Virus record (IMG/VR): IMGVR_UViG_3300030419_006472
Span: 1-64,000 of that record
Direction: 5' to 3' (one strand)
DNA: 64,000 nucleotides
Source: a virus
Lineage: Duplodnaviria; Caudoviricetes
Shown here piece after piece: positions 49,708 through 58,117 of the stretch. Under the pieces are notes generated by a model. That model searched no databases and had not been told where the DNA came from. It saw only the letters and a program-made list of their open reading frames with translations. Every line of letters begins with the position of its first letter. The stretch's first letter is position 1. A program made the translations under genes and the position numbers.

Positions 49708-49881
49708 AGCTTTACGAATTCTTTCTAATAATGTTTTTTTGTTTTGACCACTTTCAACTAGTCGAGAATATTCTAATTTAAATGCATCAATAAATTCTTG
49801 TGATAATTCAAATTTACGTGGATAAAATGAACGCACCTGTCTAGTCATATATCGTTCACATAATTTATCATAATCCGTCAT
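49690..49881 (-). CDS. Small hypothetical late protein
   Basis: 63-aa ORF with TAAATA 5 nt upstream. Confidence 0.6.
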   Translation of the reverse strand: MTDYDKLCERYMTRQVRSFYPRKFELSQEFIDAFKLEYSRLVESGQNKKTLLERIRKALSFHL

Positions 49882-49885
49882 ATAA

Positions 49886-50644
49886 TTATTTATTCATACG
49901 ACTCGCCTTATCTTTCTCGATTTGCTCTTCTAATGCTTTTCGTAAATGAGAATGCTCTGTAGGATCTACATCTGCCCACGCACCACTTAATGCTTTCATG
50001 TCAGATAGCATATCTTCATCGATAAGATCTCCCCCAGGATGTATATCTCCCTCAGCATCAATATAAAGTTTAAGTATTTGTATACGTTCTCTCTGACTGC
50101 CAAATACTTCTATAATACCAGGTTTATCATCTTTAATAAAAAACACACTTGAATCATTATTCATGTATTCTCGGTGCATAGCTTTAAAGATATTATCTAC
50201 TTCCTCTATAACTTTAAGGTTAGTGTCCCGTAGATCATCTTCTGTTAATTCAACAGGAGCGACCTTTGTTATAGGTGTGAAAAATATAATATCTAAATCA
50301 CGAAAACTCTCTCTAACGAGAGGAATACATTCCTGTACAAAATCATCATCTATATCTAACTCGGTCTGTTCGGTTGCCCACATGCTATATACAAGATTAT
50401 CTAATGGACATCTATCAAAAATTACATTATCAGAGCTACGATATTTCTTTTGCTCTTTAATCATAAAATCTAATATTTTCTTTTGTGTTTTTTTATTAGT
50501 TTTTGATGAATGCTCGAGATCATTTTCTTTAATAATGTCTCTATACGTCTTTTTAGGGGTAGTGTAACTCGGCCATTGCTCTAAGAAGTCTTTAATTAAA
50601 GTAGTTTTACCCTGACACGCAGTTCCACTAATTGCAATCCTCAT
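49886..50644 (-). CDS. P-loop nucleotide kinase/ATPase (AAA_28-like)
   Basis: GTACQGKTT, FDRCPLD, D.LR; directly downstream of queE. Confidence 0.75.
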   Translation of the reverse strand: MRIAISGTACQGKTTLIKDFLEQWPSYTTPKKTYRDIIKENDLEHSSKTNKKTQKKILDFMIKEQKKYRSSDNVIFDRCPLDNLVYSMWATEQTELDIDDDFVQECIPLVRESFRDLDIIFFTPITKVAPVELTEDDLRDTNLKVIEEVDNIFKAMHREYMNNDSSVFFIKDDKPGIIEVFGSQRERIQILKLYIDAEGDIHPGGDLIDEDMLSDMKALSGAWADVDPTEHSHLRKALEEQIEKDKASRMNK

Positions 50645-50664
50645 ATTAATTAATATTTATATAG

Positions 50665-51426
50665 TTACACTTTTAAGGCCATATCCCATACTAGTAAATG
50701 TAGCCTAGGGCTAAAATTAAAGTGATGCTTTTTAGCTAATTCTGCAACCATAGGAGCAACTTCAATATGCTCTTTTCTACTACCAGCGCAAGGCATTAAC
50801 CAAACACGACCTGTAGGTATATCAAATTTATCAACATACTTTTTCATCACTTCATCTAAATCTGATTCTTTACTTATGACGAATTTAAAACCAGATCCTT
50901 GATTTGCATGCCATTCTAGTACATTAGGTTTATATCTCCTATTTTCTGGGTCACCATTATTACTAAGCTTAGGAGAAGTAGTAAATGTAGCACCAATTCT
51001 AACCCATTCTTTATCTGGCATAATTGTAGCGTTGGTTTCAAAATCAATTCTAGGTACCCAACCCCATTCTACCTCCATATATGCTAAAAACCTAAGCAAC
51101 GCAGGCTGCTGTACTAAGGGCTCACCACCTGTAATCTTCCATATAGCTCCGTTATATAAATGCTTTTCAAAACCTTCCTGTTCTAAGTGTTGTAATAAAT
51201 CAGCATTTGTAATTCTATTCTTAACGCTCCAAGATATATAACTATCACAACCATTGGGAGAATCTTCTGAAGCGAAACCTTGACATGTAAGGTTACACAT
51301 AGATAATCGCATAAATACCGAAGGGTATCCTACAAACTCTCCTTCTCCTTCCACAGTATAAAATACTTTATCGTCAGATAATAGTATTGTCTTATCACTA
51401 AGATCGTCTTTATAAAGATTTGTCAT
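50665..51426 (-). CDS. queE: 7-carboxy-7-deazaguanine synthase QueE
   Basis: FYTVEGEG, F.R...CNLTC...CDS, ITGGEPL, ETN, SPKL, SPRLH. Confidence 0.93.
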   Translation of the reverse strand: MTNLYKDDLSDKTILLSDDKVFYTVEGEGEFVGYPSVFMRLSMCNLTCQGFASEDSPNGCDSYISWSVKNRITNADLLQHLEQEGFEKHLYNGAIWKITGGEPLVQQPALLRFLAYMEVEWGWVPRIDFETNATIMPDKEWVRIGATFTTSPKLSNNGDPENRRYKPNVLEWHANQGSGFKFVISKESDLDEVMKKYVDKFDIPTGRVWLMPCAGSRKEHIEVAPMVAELAKKHHFNFSPRLHLLVWDMALKV

Positions 51427-51559
51427 TTAAATATAAGTCTTTTATGTCACGGGACTTCGGTTCTACTTCCTTCTTCTTAGGCTTGTCCCATTTTATATCG
51501 TCCCAGTTATCATTGACTTTACTGGTATCCTCTTTTCGGCGCTTACTACCTTTACTCAT
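51410..51559 (-). CDS. Small basic hypothetical protein
   Basis: MSKGSKRRKED...NWD.I from ATG 51559, between queD and queE. Confidence 0.55.
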   Translation of the reverse strand: MSKGSKRRKEDTSKVNDNWDDIKWDKPKKKEVEPKSRDIKDLYLNDKSL

Positions 51560-51561
51560 TA

Positions 51562-52041
51562 TTAATCTACTGTAGCTGAAAGTGCAGACCATACTGCAGT
51601 TGTATCTTCTACTTCATAAATAGCAGAATTATTTTCATGTTCGAAAACTTCTACTCTTTTACACCAACATCTATCATCAGTTAGTTCTTTTACATACTCA
51701 TCAGCAGTTCGCCAGCAATATTCAGCAAACTTTTCAATACCAACACCATCCATAATTCTTAAATCTACAATATCATCGTCGTTTAACATCTTAAAGGCTC
51801 TTATTGCAGGGTCGTCGGCGGCAATTACAGTGGTGTGATCGAATTGATGTTGGAGTTTCTTTTTAAGATCTTTTAATCCACCGAAGTCAACAACCCAATT
51901 ATTCTCATCTAACTCTTTAGCTCCAAACCAAAATTTACCAACCAACCGATAACCGTGTACAAACCGGCAATGCGATGTAGCTTTAGGCTGTCTGAACGCA
52001 CAACTACCTAATTCAATAATTTTAGTACTAGAAAAACTCAT
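51562..52041 (-). CDS. queD: 6-carboxy-tetrahydropterin synthase QueD
   Basis: CAFRQ, HCRFVHGY, WVVDFG, FDH, GIEKFAE, EHENNSA. Confidence 0.9.
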   Translation of the reverse strand: MSFSSTKIIELGSCAFRQPKATSHCRFVHGYRLVGKFWFGAKELDENNWVVDFGGLKDLKKKLQHQFDHTTVIAADDPAIRAFKMLNDDDIVDLRIMDGVGIEKFAEYCWRTADEYVKELTDDRCWCKRVEVFEHENNSAIYEVEDTTAVWSALSATVD

Positions 52042-52047
52042 AAAATA

Positions 52048-52075
52048 ATTATATATTATTCTTCTTTTTTGTCAA
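52048..52075 (-). promoter_or_regulatory. Sigma70-type promoter of queD-queE
   Basis: Perfect TTGACA-N16-TATAAT-N6-ATG. Confidence 0.75.
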
Positions 52076-52304
52076 GTTTTAATTCTATGGATTGTAAGAC
52101 GTTATTAAAATTATCAACTACCCAACACACACCAGCACTGACAAACGGAAACAATATATAATCGTTTTTACTTACGAAATATACAATAACACCTGACCAG
52201 AAACCTAAACATAAGCTACATTTAAATAACTCTCGTAAAAACGGTATTTTAGTAAGAATTTTTCTAGGAAAATTAAGTATTGTACCGTATTTGAGAATGA
52301 ACAT
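52056..52304 (-). CDS. Small membrane protein (DUF1360-like)
   Basis: LFKCSLCLGFWSG CxxC-W motif and hydrophobic helices; the frame is open further upstream without an ATG. Confidence 0.6.
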   Translation of the reverse strand: MFILKYGTILNFPRKILTKIPFLRELFKCSLCLGFWSGVIVYFVSKNDYILFPFVSAGVCWVVDNFNNVLQSIELKLDKKEE

Positions 52305-52339
52305 TAACCCAATACAGGCTAATATATCAATAATAATTG

Positions 52340-52513
52340 TTATTTATCCTCCTTTAACAGATCCTTTAAAGCTTTAGTAATTAATTTAGCTTGTGAAACG
52401 TCCATTTTTACAGTATTATTATCATCGTCTGTAATATGAACGGTTTTTTTATCTTCTAGCAAAGATAATGTAGGGCAACACGCTTTACCGCCGCACAATA
52501 AGATAGATTTCAT
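52340..52513 (-). CDS. Small Cys-containing protein
   Basis: Not in the track. MKSILLCGGKACCPTLSLLEDKKTVHITDD..., 57 aa, TAAATA 5 nt upstream. Confidence 0.6.
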   Translation of the reverse strand: MKSILLCGGKACCPTLSLLEDKKTVHITDDDNNTVKMDVSQAKLITKALKDLLKEDK

Positions 52514-52531
52514 GTAACTATTTATTTCTAT

Positions 52532-52639
52532 TTACCAGAAAGGATATGTATTATCATCATCATCGTCTTTTTTAAGCTTTTGTAATATCCATTGCTTAAT
52601 TTGAAGGTATCTTAATTTTATCTTATAAAAAACTGTCAT
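52532..52639 (-). CDS. 35-aa hypothetical peptide
   Basis: Not in the track. MTVFYKIKLRYLQIKQWILQKLKKDDDDDNTYPFW; ATGA overlap with the upstream stop. Confidence 0.45.
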   Translation of the reverse strand: MTVFYKIKLRYLQIKQWILQKLKKDDDDDNTYPFW

Positions 52640-53412
52640 AAATGTTCCTTTATTTTATCTGCTATTAGCTTGGCCCCAAGTTGGTTTACATGTCGATGAT
52701 CCTCAGTCAATGTTGGATTATGGGATTTAAACCAACTGGTGTGAAAATTATTCTCATTAATATAAACAATATTATTTATATCACAATATTCGGATAATGT
52801 TTCTTTATAAAAATCTTTTGAAAATTCATGAATAAAAGGATGTATAGTTTCTTCGTAACGTAAAAATATTATTTTAATTTCAGGAAATTTATCACGAATA
52901 AGGTCAACATTATATTTTACAGCTCTTATCGCTTTTTCATAAAATAAATCACGACGAGACATAATATCATATATGTCTTGCATAGTAATTTTAGATTTTT
53001 TAGGCGATAGATCGTTTCCAAACTTTAACATAGTCCATAAAAACTCTGATCCATATATGTCAGTCTTTTGGTCATGGCCAATCCGATCTGGGTGACGCAA
53101 TCTCCCTTTTTTAATTTTTACATTATATTTTTTAGATAAATATTCTTTTATCTCTATAGGCGCTGAATAAAAATCATCTATTGAATAATTTTTACATAAT
53201 GGTTGTCTTGCTGGAGACGGTACTTGCCAGATAAAATGAGTTAGTTTAAGATGGTATTTATTAGTTAAAAACTCTTTAACCCGTGTTACGTCGATGCCAG
53301 AACCACGTTCAGCAATACTGTGTACCTTCCCTGGTAAGTAACGCCAATACGCCTGCATCGCGCCAACCCCAAAGGAAATAGAAAATGAACAACCGTTATT
53401 TAAAATAATCAT
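52636..53412 (-). CDS. SGNH-hydrolase-like paralog 6
   Basis: NGCSFS, IAERGSGI, THFIWQVPSPARQP, KIIFLRYE, DHRHVN..GA. Confidence 0.65.
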   Translation of the reverse strand: MIILNNGCSFSISFGVGAMQAYWRYLPGKVHSIAERGSGIDVTRVKEFLTNKYHLKLTHFIWQVPSPARQPLCKNYSIDDFYSAPIEIKEYLSKKYNVKIKKGRLRHPDRIGHDQKTDIYGSEFLWTMLKFGNDLSPKKSKITMQDIYDIMSRRDLFYEKAIRAVKYNVDLIRDKFPEIKIIFLRYEETIHPFIHEFSKDFYKETLSEYCDINNIVYINENNFHTSWFKSHNPTLTEDHRHVNQLGAKLIADKIKEHL

Positions 53413-54341
53413 AAATACTCTTTTATTTTATTTGCTATTAGTTCTGCACCGGCGCGATTAGGGTGTCTTTTATCATCACATAATTTTTTATCTTTAAACC
53501 ATTTTGTATTAAAATTTTCTTCATAGATATATGTAACATTATTGTCTTTACAATACTCAGATAAAGTATTTTTAAACCAATCCTTTGCGTATTCATGAAC
53601 TAAGGGTATTTTAGTTTCTTCATACCGTAAAAATATAATTTTTACATCTGGCCATTTATCGCGAAGTATATTAACATTTTCATTTACACCGTTAAGTGCC
53701 TTTTTTAAATATCTTTCACGGGTCTCGAGCCCGAAAATTTTATGTTCATGTCGTAGTTGATGCCATAAAAAATTATCTTGTAAGTATTTTGTCTTCTGAA
53801 CTTCTTCCCACGAACCCTCCATATATTTTTCCCCACACCCAAACCTCTTAAACCGACGACCTAGGAGCCTAAGGACGTCTGTTAAGCGTTCGCTGTAACC
53901 TGTTGAGTGGTTAAGAGCTCGTTCTGTGTACTTAGGAGCATTCTCCGAAATTTCCCAAAGCTCATCTATTTGTAAGGTAGCTTTATAAAACTCTTCATCA
54001 TCTTTTAATTCTTCAAATATCGGCTGTCTAGTAGGATGAGGGATTTGATAAATATAATGAGTTAATTGTTTGTTTTTTTTACGCCAACGAGCATCTACCT
54101 CATCTAAAAACCTCTTAGTCCGTGTTACGTCAATACCGGATCCGTGTTTGGCAATATTGTGTATTTCTCCTGGTAAATAATCACAATATGATGTTATGTA
54201 CCAATCAGTGTTGCGCCGGACTTTCGGTTTTTTAGGTGAAGAATGTTTATCTTTCCGTAGCAATTGTTGTCCTTTACCGTTTTTAGCATATTTAATTTTG
54301 CTTTTAGCCGAAAATGAACAACCGTTATTAAGAATAACCAT
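53409..54341 (-). CDS. SGNH-hydrolase-like paralog 5
   Basis: NGCSFS, NIAKHGSGI, THYIYQIPHPTRQP, KIIFLRYE, DKRHPN..GA. Confidence 0.65.
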   Translation of the reverse strand: MVILNNGCSFSAKSKIKYAKNGKGQQLLRKDKHSSPKKPKVRRNTDWYITSYCDYLPGEIHNIAKHGSGIDVTRTKRFLDEVDARWRKKNKQLTHYIYQIPHPTRQPIFEELKDDEEFYKATLQIDELWEISENAPKYTERALNHSTGYSERLTDVLRLLGRRFKRFGCGEKYMEGSWEEVQKTKYLQDNFLWHQLRHEHKIFGLETRERYLKKALNGVNENVNILRDKWPDVKIIFLRYEETKIPLVHEYAKDWFKNTLSEYCKDNNVTYIYEENFNTKWFKDKKLCDDKRHPNRAGAELIANKIKEYL

Positions 54342-54352
54342 AGAAATATTTA

Positions 54353-55147
54353 TTATAAGTTTTTCTTTATTCTATTTGCGATTAATTTCGAACCTTCAAT
54401 ATTAGGGTGTACTTTGTCAATGGTTAAATTATGACGGTAAAACCATAAAGTGTTAAATTGTTTTTCATATATATACGTTATATCGTTATCCTCGCAATAA
54501 TTTGGTAGTAATTGTTTATAAAAATCTTTACAAAATTCAGCAATTAAAGGATTTCGACCTTCCTCATAACGTAAAAATATAATTTTTACATCAGGATGTT
54601 CTCGTCTGACGATATTAACATTATTATTAACTTTACTTAAAGCTTTATTTAAAAATAAATGCCTATTATTGAATTCTTCTACATTGCCTCCCTTAAGTAA
54701 CCGCCATAATGTTCTATTTTTTTTACCTACAGACCATAGATTATCCTTGTGCTTTCCACAAAAGGGCCACGCATAAGGATCGTTTAATTGTTTTGGTTGT
54801 CTGGCGGGGCTCGGTACTTGATAGATAAAATGTGTTAAACGGATATTTTTATTTCGTGTAATAAACTTCGATATATCTTGACTTTGAATACCGCTAGCTG
54901 GTCTTCCTATATTATATGTTGTCTCAGGGAGGTAATTAGTATAAGAGACATACGGGTTCAGTATAAACTCATTTAATTTAATAGTAATTTCATCTGCAAG
55001 CGCAGACGCTGGATGACCATTAGCATAATCTGCAGGTATAAAACTAGGACCTGGTACGGTACTATCATCTATTCCGTCAACAGTGATATCGCTAGTATGA
55101 TTCCAACCAGCTGTAAACGAACAACCTGCACATAATATATTATACAC
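54353..55147 (-). CDS. SGNH-hydrolase-like paralog 4
   Basis: AGCSFT, NIG..ASGI, THFIYQVPSPARQP, KIIFLRYE, DKVHPN..GS. Confidence 0.65.
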   Translation of the reverse strand: MYNILCAGCSFTAGWNHTSDITVDGIDDSTVPGPSFIPADYANGHPASALADEITIKLNEFILNPYVSYTNYLPETTYNIGRPASGIQSQDISKFITRNKNIRLTHFIYQVPSPARQPKQLNDPYAWPFCGKHKDNLWSVGKKNRTLWRLLKGGNVEEFNNRHLFLNKALSKVNNNVNIVRREHPDVKIIFLRYEEGRNPLIAEFCKDFYKQLLPNYCEDNDITYIYEKQFNTLWFYRHNLTIDKVHPNIEGSKLIANRIKKNL

Positions 55148-55944
55148 TATAAATACTCTTTTATTTTATCTGCTATCAGCTTGGCTCCTGCTTTATTGGG
55201 ATGGATTCCAAGTTTGTGTTTTTTAAACCATCTTGTATTAAAATTCTCTTCATAGATATATGAAAAATTATTTTTTTCACAATAGTTAGCTAGTGTGTTT
55301 TTATAAAAATTTTTAGTAAATTCATATTGTAAGGGCTTTCTCGTATCCTCGTACCGTAAAAATATTATTTTAGCATTAGGGTGATTTTCTCGAATTAAAT
55401 TAACATTAATGTTAACTACATCTATAGCTTTTTTATGATATTCCTCTATTTTATCAAAAACCTGTAAATTAGGTTTTCTTAATTCATTATATATTGTTTT
55501 TTCAAAATCATTATCAGGTGTACGCCGCGTTCCCTCATTAATACTTACTTCTTCCAATTTACCATCATAATGTACGTAAGTATGACCGTTTATAAATGCG
55601 TATTTATCACGACCTCCAATTCTAAGTCTAAAATGATCTTCATTGTAATTATTCAAATCTACGGGTTGGCGAGTAGGACTAGGTACTTGATAAATAACGT
55701 GTGTCAATTTTACGTCTCTATTTTGATCAAAAAACAGTCTAAAATATCTGGGAGAAATTCCAAGTCCCCATTTACCAATATTATATGTTTTACCAGGTAA
55801 ATAATTGGCATATGGATACCAGCGAGGATTTAATGGGTCATCGTCCACCAGCTCAACGGAAGTCTTACGATCAACGTATGTTACTTCGCGTTTATAATTA
55901 CCGTGAGTAAAAGAACAGCCAGCACATAATATATTATACATCAT
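55147..55944 (-). CDS. SGNH-hydrolase-like paralog 3
   Basis: AGCSFT, NIGKWGLGI, THVIYQVPSPTRQP, KIIFLRYE, HPN..GA. Confidence 0.65.
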   Translation of the reverse strand: MMYNILCAGCSFTHGNYKREVTYVDRKTSVELVDDDPLNPRWYPYANYLPGKTYNIGKWGLGISPRYFRLFFDQNRDVKLTHVIYQVPSPTRQPVDLNNYNEDHFRLRIGGRDKYAFINGHTYVHYDGKLEEVSINEGTRRTPDNDFEKTIYNELRKPNLQVFDKIEEYHKKAIDVVNINVNLIRENHPNAKIIFLRYEDTRKPLQYEFTKNFYKNTLANYCEKNNFSYIYEENFNTRWFKKHKLGIHPNKAGAKLIADKIKEYL

Positions 55945-56969
55945 ATATATATTTTTATTTTATCTGCAATTATCTTAACTCCCTCACCGTCAGGATGTGT
56001 TTGGTCAGTCGTCATTCCATTTTTGTTAAACCATTTTGAATTAAAATCTTCTTCATATATATACGTAATATCGTTTTTCATGCAATATTCACTTAAATTA
56101 TTTTTATACCAATCTTTACAAAATGCACTGAGTAATGGAATAGTAGTTATTTCATAACGGAGAAATATAATTTTAATCCCTGGGTAGTTTTCACGTATAA
56201 ACTTAACGTTAATATCTACGTTGTTCATAGCTTTATCTAAATATTTTTCATGATTAGTAAAAATCTCCGTAATATGTTTGCTTCTTAAAATTTTATTTTC
56301 TATTAATAAATTCCATATATTTTTTTTATTTAAAATTGAATTTTTATAACCGTGGATTATTTTTCTTTCGTCCTCTACAGCTTCTCTAATATGAAAACAC
56401 TCCGGAGCGTTTTCGTTTATGTCTAAAGGCTGACGCGCAGGAGATGGTACTTGATAAATAAAATGTGTTAAATCTATATCTTTATTTTCTTGAACGAATT
56501 TCTCAATTAAATGCTTTGTAATACCTGCGCCAGCTTCTCCGATGTTATATACAAACTCCGGTAAATGATTAGCATATGAATAACCTCCGAAAGTATTACC
56601 TGTAGGGAGCCTTTCGCATTTTGTAAACGAACAACCGGCGCATAATATATTATACATCATAAATTTTCCTCTATCTTATCTGCTATTAGCCTAGCTCCTG
56701 CTCTATTAGGGTGTGAGCCATAGTTATTTCGCTTAAACCACTTTGTACCGAAATTTTTTTCATTAATATACGGTATATCGTTTTTCTCACAATAATTAGT
56801 TAGTACTTTTTTATAAAAATTCCTGCTAAATTCATATATTAACGGTTTTATTGTATGTTCAAATTTTAAAAATATTATCTTAGCATTAGGATAAGTTTCT
56901 CGAATTAAATCAACACTTTTGTTAACCATGTATAAGGCTTTTTTATGATATTCCTCTATTTTATCAAAA
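55427..56969. repeat. 33-bp identical direct repeat shared by paralogs 3 and 1 (55427-55459, 56937-56969)
   Basis: GCTTTTTTATGATATTCCTCTATTTTATCAAAA is read at both positions. Confidence 0.75.
55941..56660 (-). CDS. SGNH-hydrolase-like paralog 2
   Basis: AGCSFT, NIGEAGAGI, THFIYQVPSPARQP, KIIFLRYE, DQTHPD..G. Confidence 0.65.
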   Translation of the reverse strand: MMYNILCAGCSFTKCERLPTGNTFGGYSYANHLPEFVYNIGEAGAGITKHLIEKFVQENKDIDLTHFIYQVPSPARQPLDINENAPECFHIREAVEDERKIIHGYKNSILNKKNIWNLLIENKILRSKHITEIFTNHEKYLDKAMNNVDINVKFIRENYPGIKIIFLRYEITTIPLLSAFCKDWYKNNLSEYCMKNDITYIYEEDFNSKWFNKNGMTTDQTHPDGEGVKIIADKIKIYI

Positions 56970-57427
56970 CCTTGCAAACTCGAGTTAAAATGATTTTTAG
57001 AAACCGCTAACTGCATCCATAATGATTTTATTCCAAAGCTTGCACCTAAGGCTCTAAAATGATTTTCATTATAATCACTTAAATCTACGGGTTGACGAGT
57101 CGGACAAGGTACTTGATAAATAAAATGTGTTAAATTTATATCTGGTTTTACTTTTATAAACTTTTTGAGATACTTAGGAGAAATACCAAAACCACGTTTT
57201 CCAATGTTAAATACATGACCTGGTAAATAACTTGCATACGGAAATTCTTCTGTACCTTTATGACAGTGTGTAAACGAGCAACCACTACATAATATGCAAT
57301 AATTTTTATCAGAAGGATTTATGGTCTCTAAACACAATGGAGATTTTTCGCAAAATGTTGTATGTCCTATATATTCGTGATTTCTATATATTTTCTTTGT
57401 GCTCAGATCCGATCTCTCAACAACCAT
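56657..57427 (-). CDS. SGNH-hydrolase-like paralog 1
   Basis: SGCSFT, NIGKRGFGI, THFIYQVPCPTRQP, KIIFLKFE, HPN..GA; late promoter upstream. Confidence 0.65.
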   Translation of the reverse strand: MVVERSDLSTKKIYRNHEYIGHTTFCEKSPLCLETINPSDKNYCILCSGCSFTHCHKGTEEFPYASYLPGHVFNIGKRGFGISPKYLKKFIKVKPDINLTHFIYQVPCPTRQPVDLSDYNENHFRALGASFGIKSLWMQLAVSKNHFNSSLQGFDKIEEYHKKALYMVNKSVDLIRETYPNAKIIFLKFEHTIKPLIYEFSRNFYKKVLTNYCEKNDIPYINEKNFGTKWFKRNNYGSHPNRAGARLIADKIEENL

Positions 57428-57443
57428 AGAAGTATTTAATGAG

Positions 57444-57471
57444 TTGATTTATAATTCAAATATGTTATAAT
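57444..57471 (+). promoter_or_regulatory. Sigma70-type promoter of folE
   Basis: TTGATT-N16-TATAAT with extended TG, 7 nt before ATG 57479. Confidence 0.7.
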
Positions 57472-57478
57472 GATTCAT

Positions 57479-58117
57479 ATGAATGAGGATTTACTTCGAT
57501 ACGCTAACGGTAATAAACCGCGAACACAAGAAGAGAGAGAAGCGATAATTGATAAAGCTGCTGCAGCGTATGAAAAATATATGGATGCATTAGGCTTTGA
57601 TTGGAGAAATGATCCTAATAGCGCAGACACTCCAAGACGGGTAGCTAAGGCATTTGTTAATGATCTAGCAGAAGGATGTTATAGTAATTCACCGAAAATT
57701 ACAGCATTTGATAATGTTGATAAGTACGATGGTTTAGTATTTCAAGGTAATATTAAAGTTAATTCTTTTTGCTCACATCATCACTTACCGTTTATTGGTC
57801 AAGCTCATGTATCTTATATACCTGGAAAAGACGGTAAGGTAATCGGTTTAAGTAAAATTAATCGTATTGTTGAATGGTTTTCAAGACGACCACAAGTACA
57901 AGAAAACTTAACTATGCAAATTCATAATTATATGAATGAAGTATGTAAGGGAAATAAAGGTATTGCAGTTCTAGTATCAGCTAATCATACATGCGCCGGT
58001 CTTAGAGGTGTTAAGCATGATAGTATTATGAAAACTGCTAGAATGTCAGGAGCGTTTTTAGATAAAACAGATTTAACTCGTCAAGAGTTTTATGACTTTG
58101 TCAGAGATTTAAAATAA
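57479..58117 (+). CDS. folE: GTP cyclohydrolase I FolE
   Basis: DTPRRVAKA, SFCSHHHLPF.G, GLSKINR, RRPQVQE, HTC..RGV; track start 57470, likely start 57479. Confidence 0.95.
   Translation: MNEDLLRYANGNKPRTQEEREAIIDKAAAAYEKYMDALGFDWRNDPNSADTPRRVAKAFVNDLAEGCYSNSPKITAFDNVDKYDGLVFQGNIKVNSFCSHHHLPFIGQAHVSYIPGKDGKVIGLSKINRIVEWFSRRPQVQENLTMQIHNYMNEVCKGNKGIAVLVSANHTCAGLRGVKHDSIMKTARMSGAFLDKTDLTRQEFYDFVRDLK

Noticed and set aside
1749-55800. Other short ORFs nested in longer genes (1749, 3845, 6318, 8595, 18580, 19535, 28258, 30013, 31321, 33013, 33267, 33308, 36322, 42574, 42778, 48262, 50163, 51032, 54196, 55570)
   Set aside because: They lie antisense or out of frame within better-supported genes and lack promoters or motifs.
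52636-57427. Diversity-generating retroelement or CRISPR array
   Set aside because: No reverse transcriptase and no adenine-specific TR/VR pair seen; the repeats are coding paralog segments without regular spacers.
50665-58117. folE/queD/queE as folate or tRNA-queuosine genes
   Set aside because: No tgt/queA/queG or folate genes were recognised, and a DpdA-like gene is present; DNA modification is more parsimonious.
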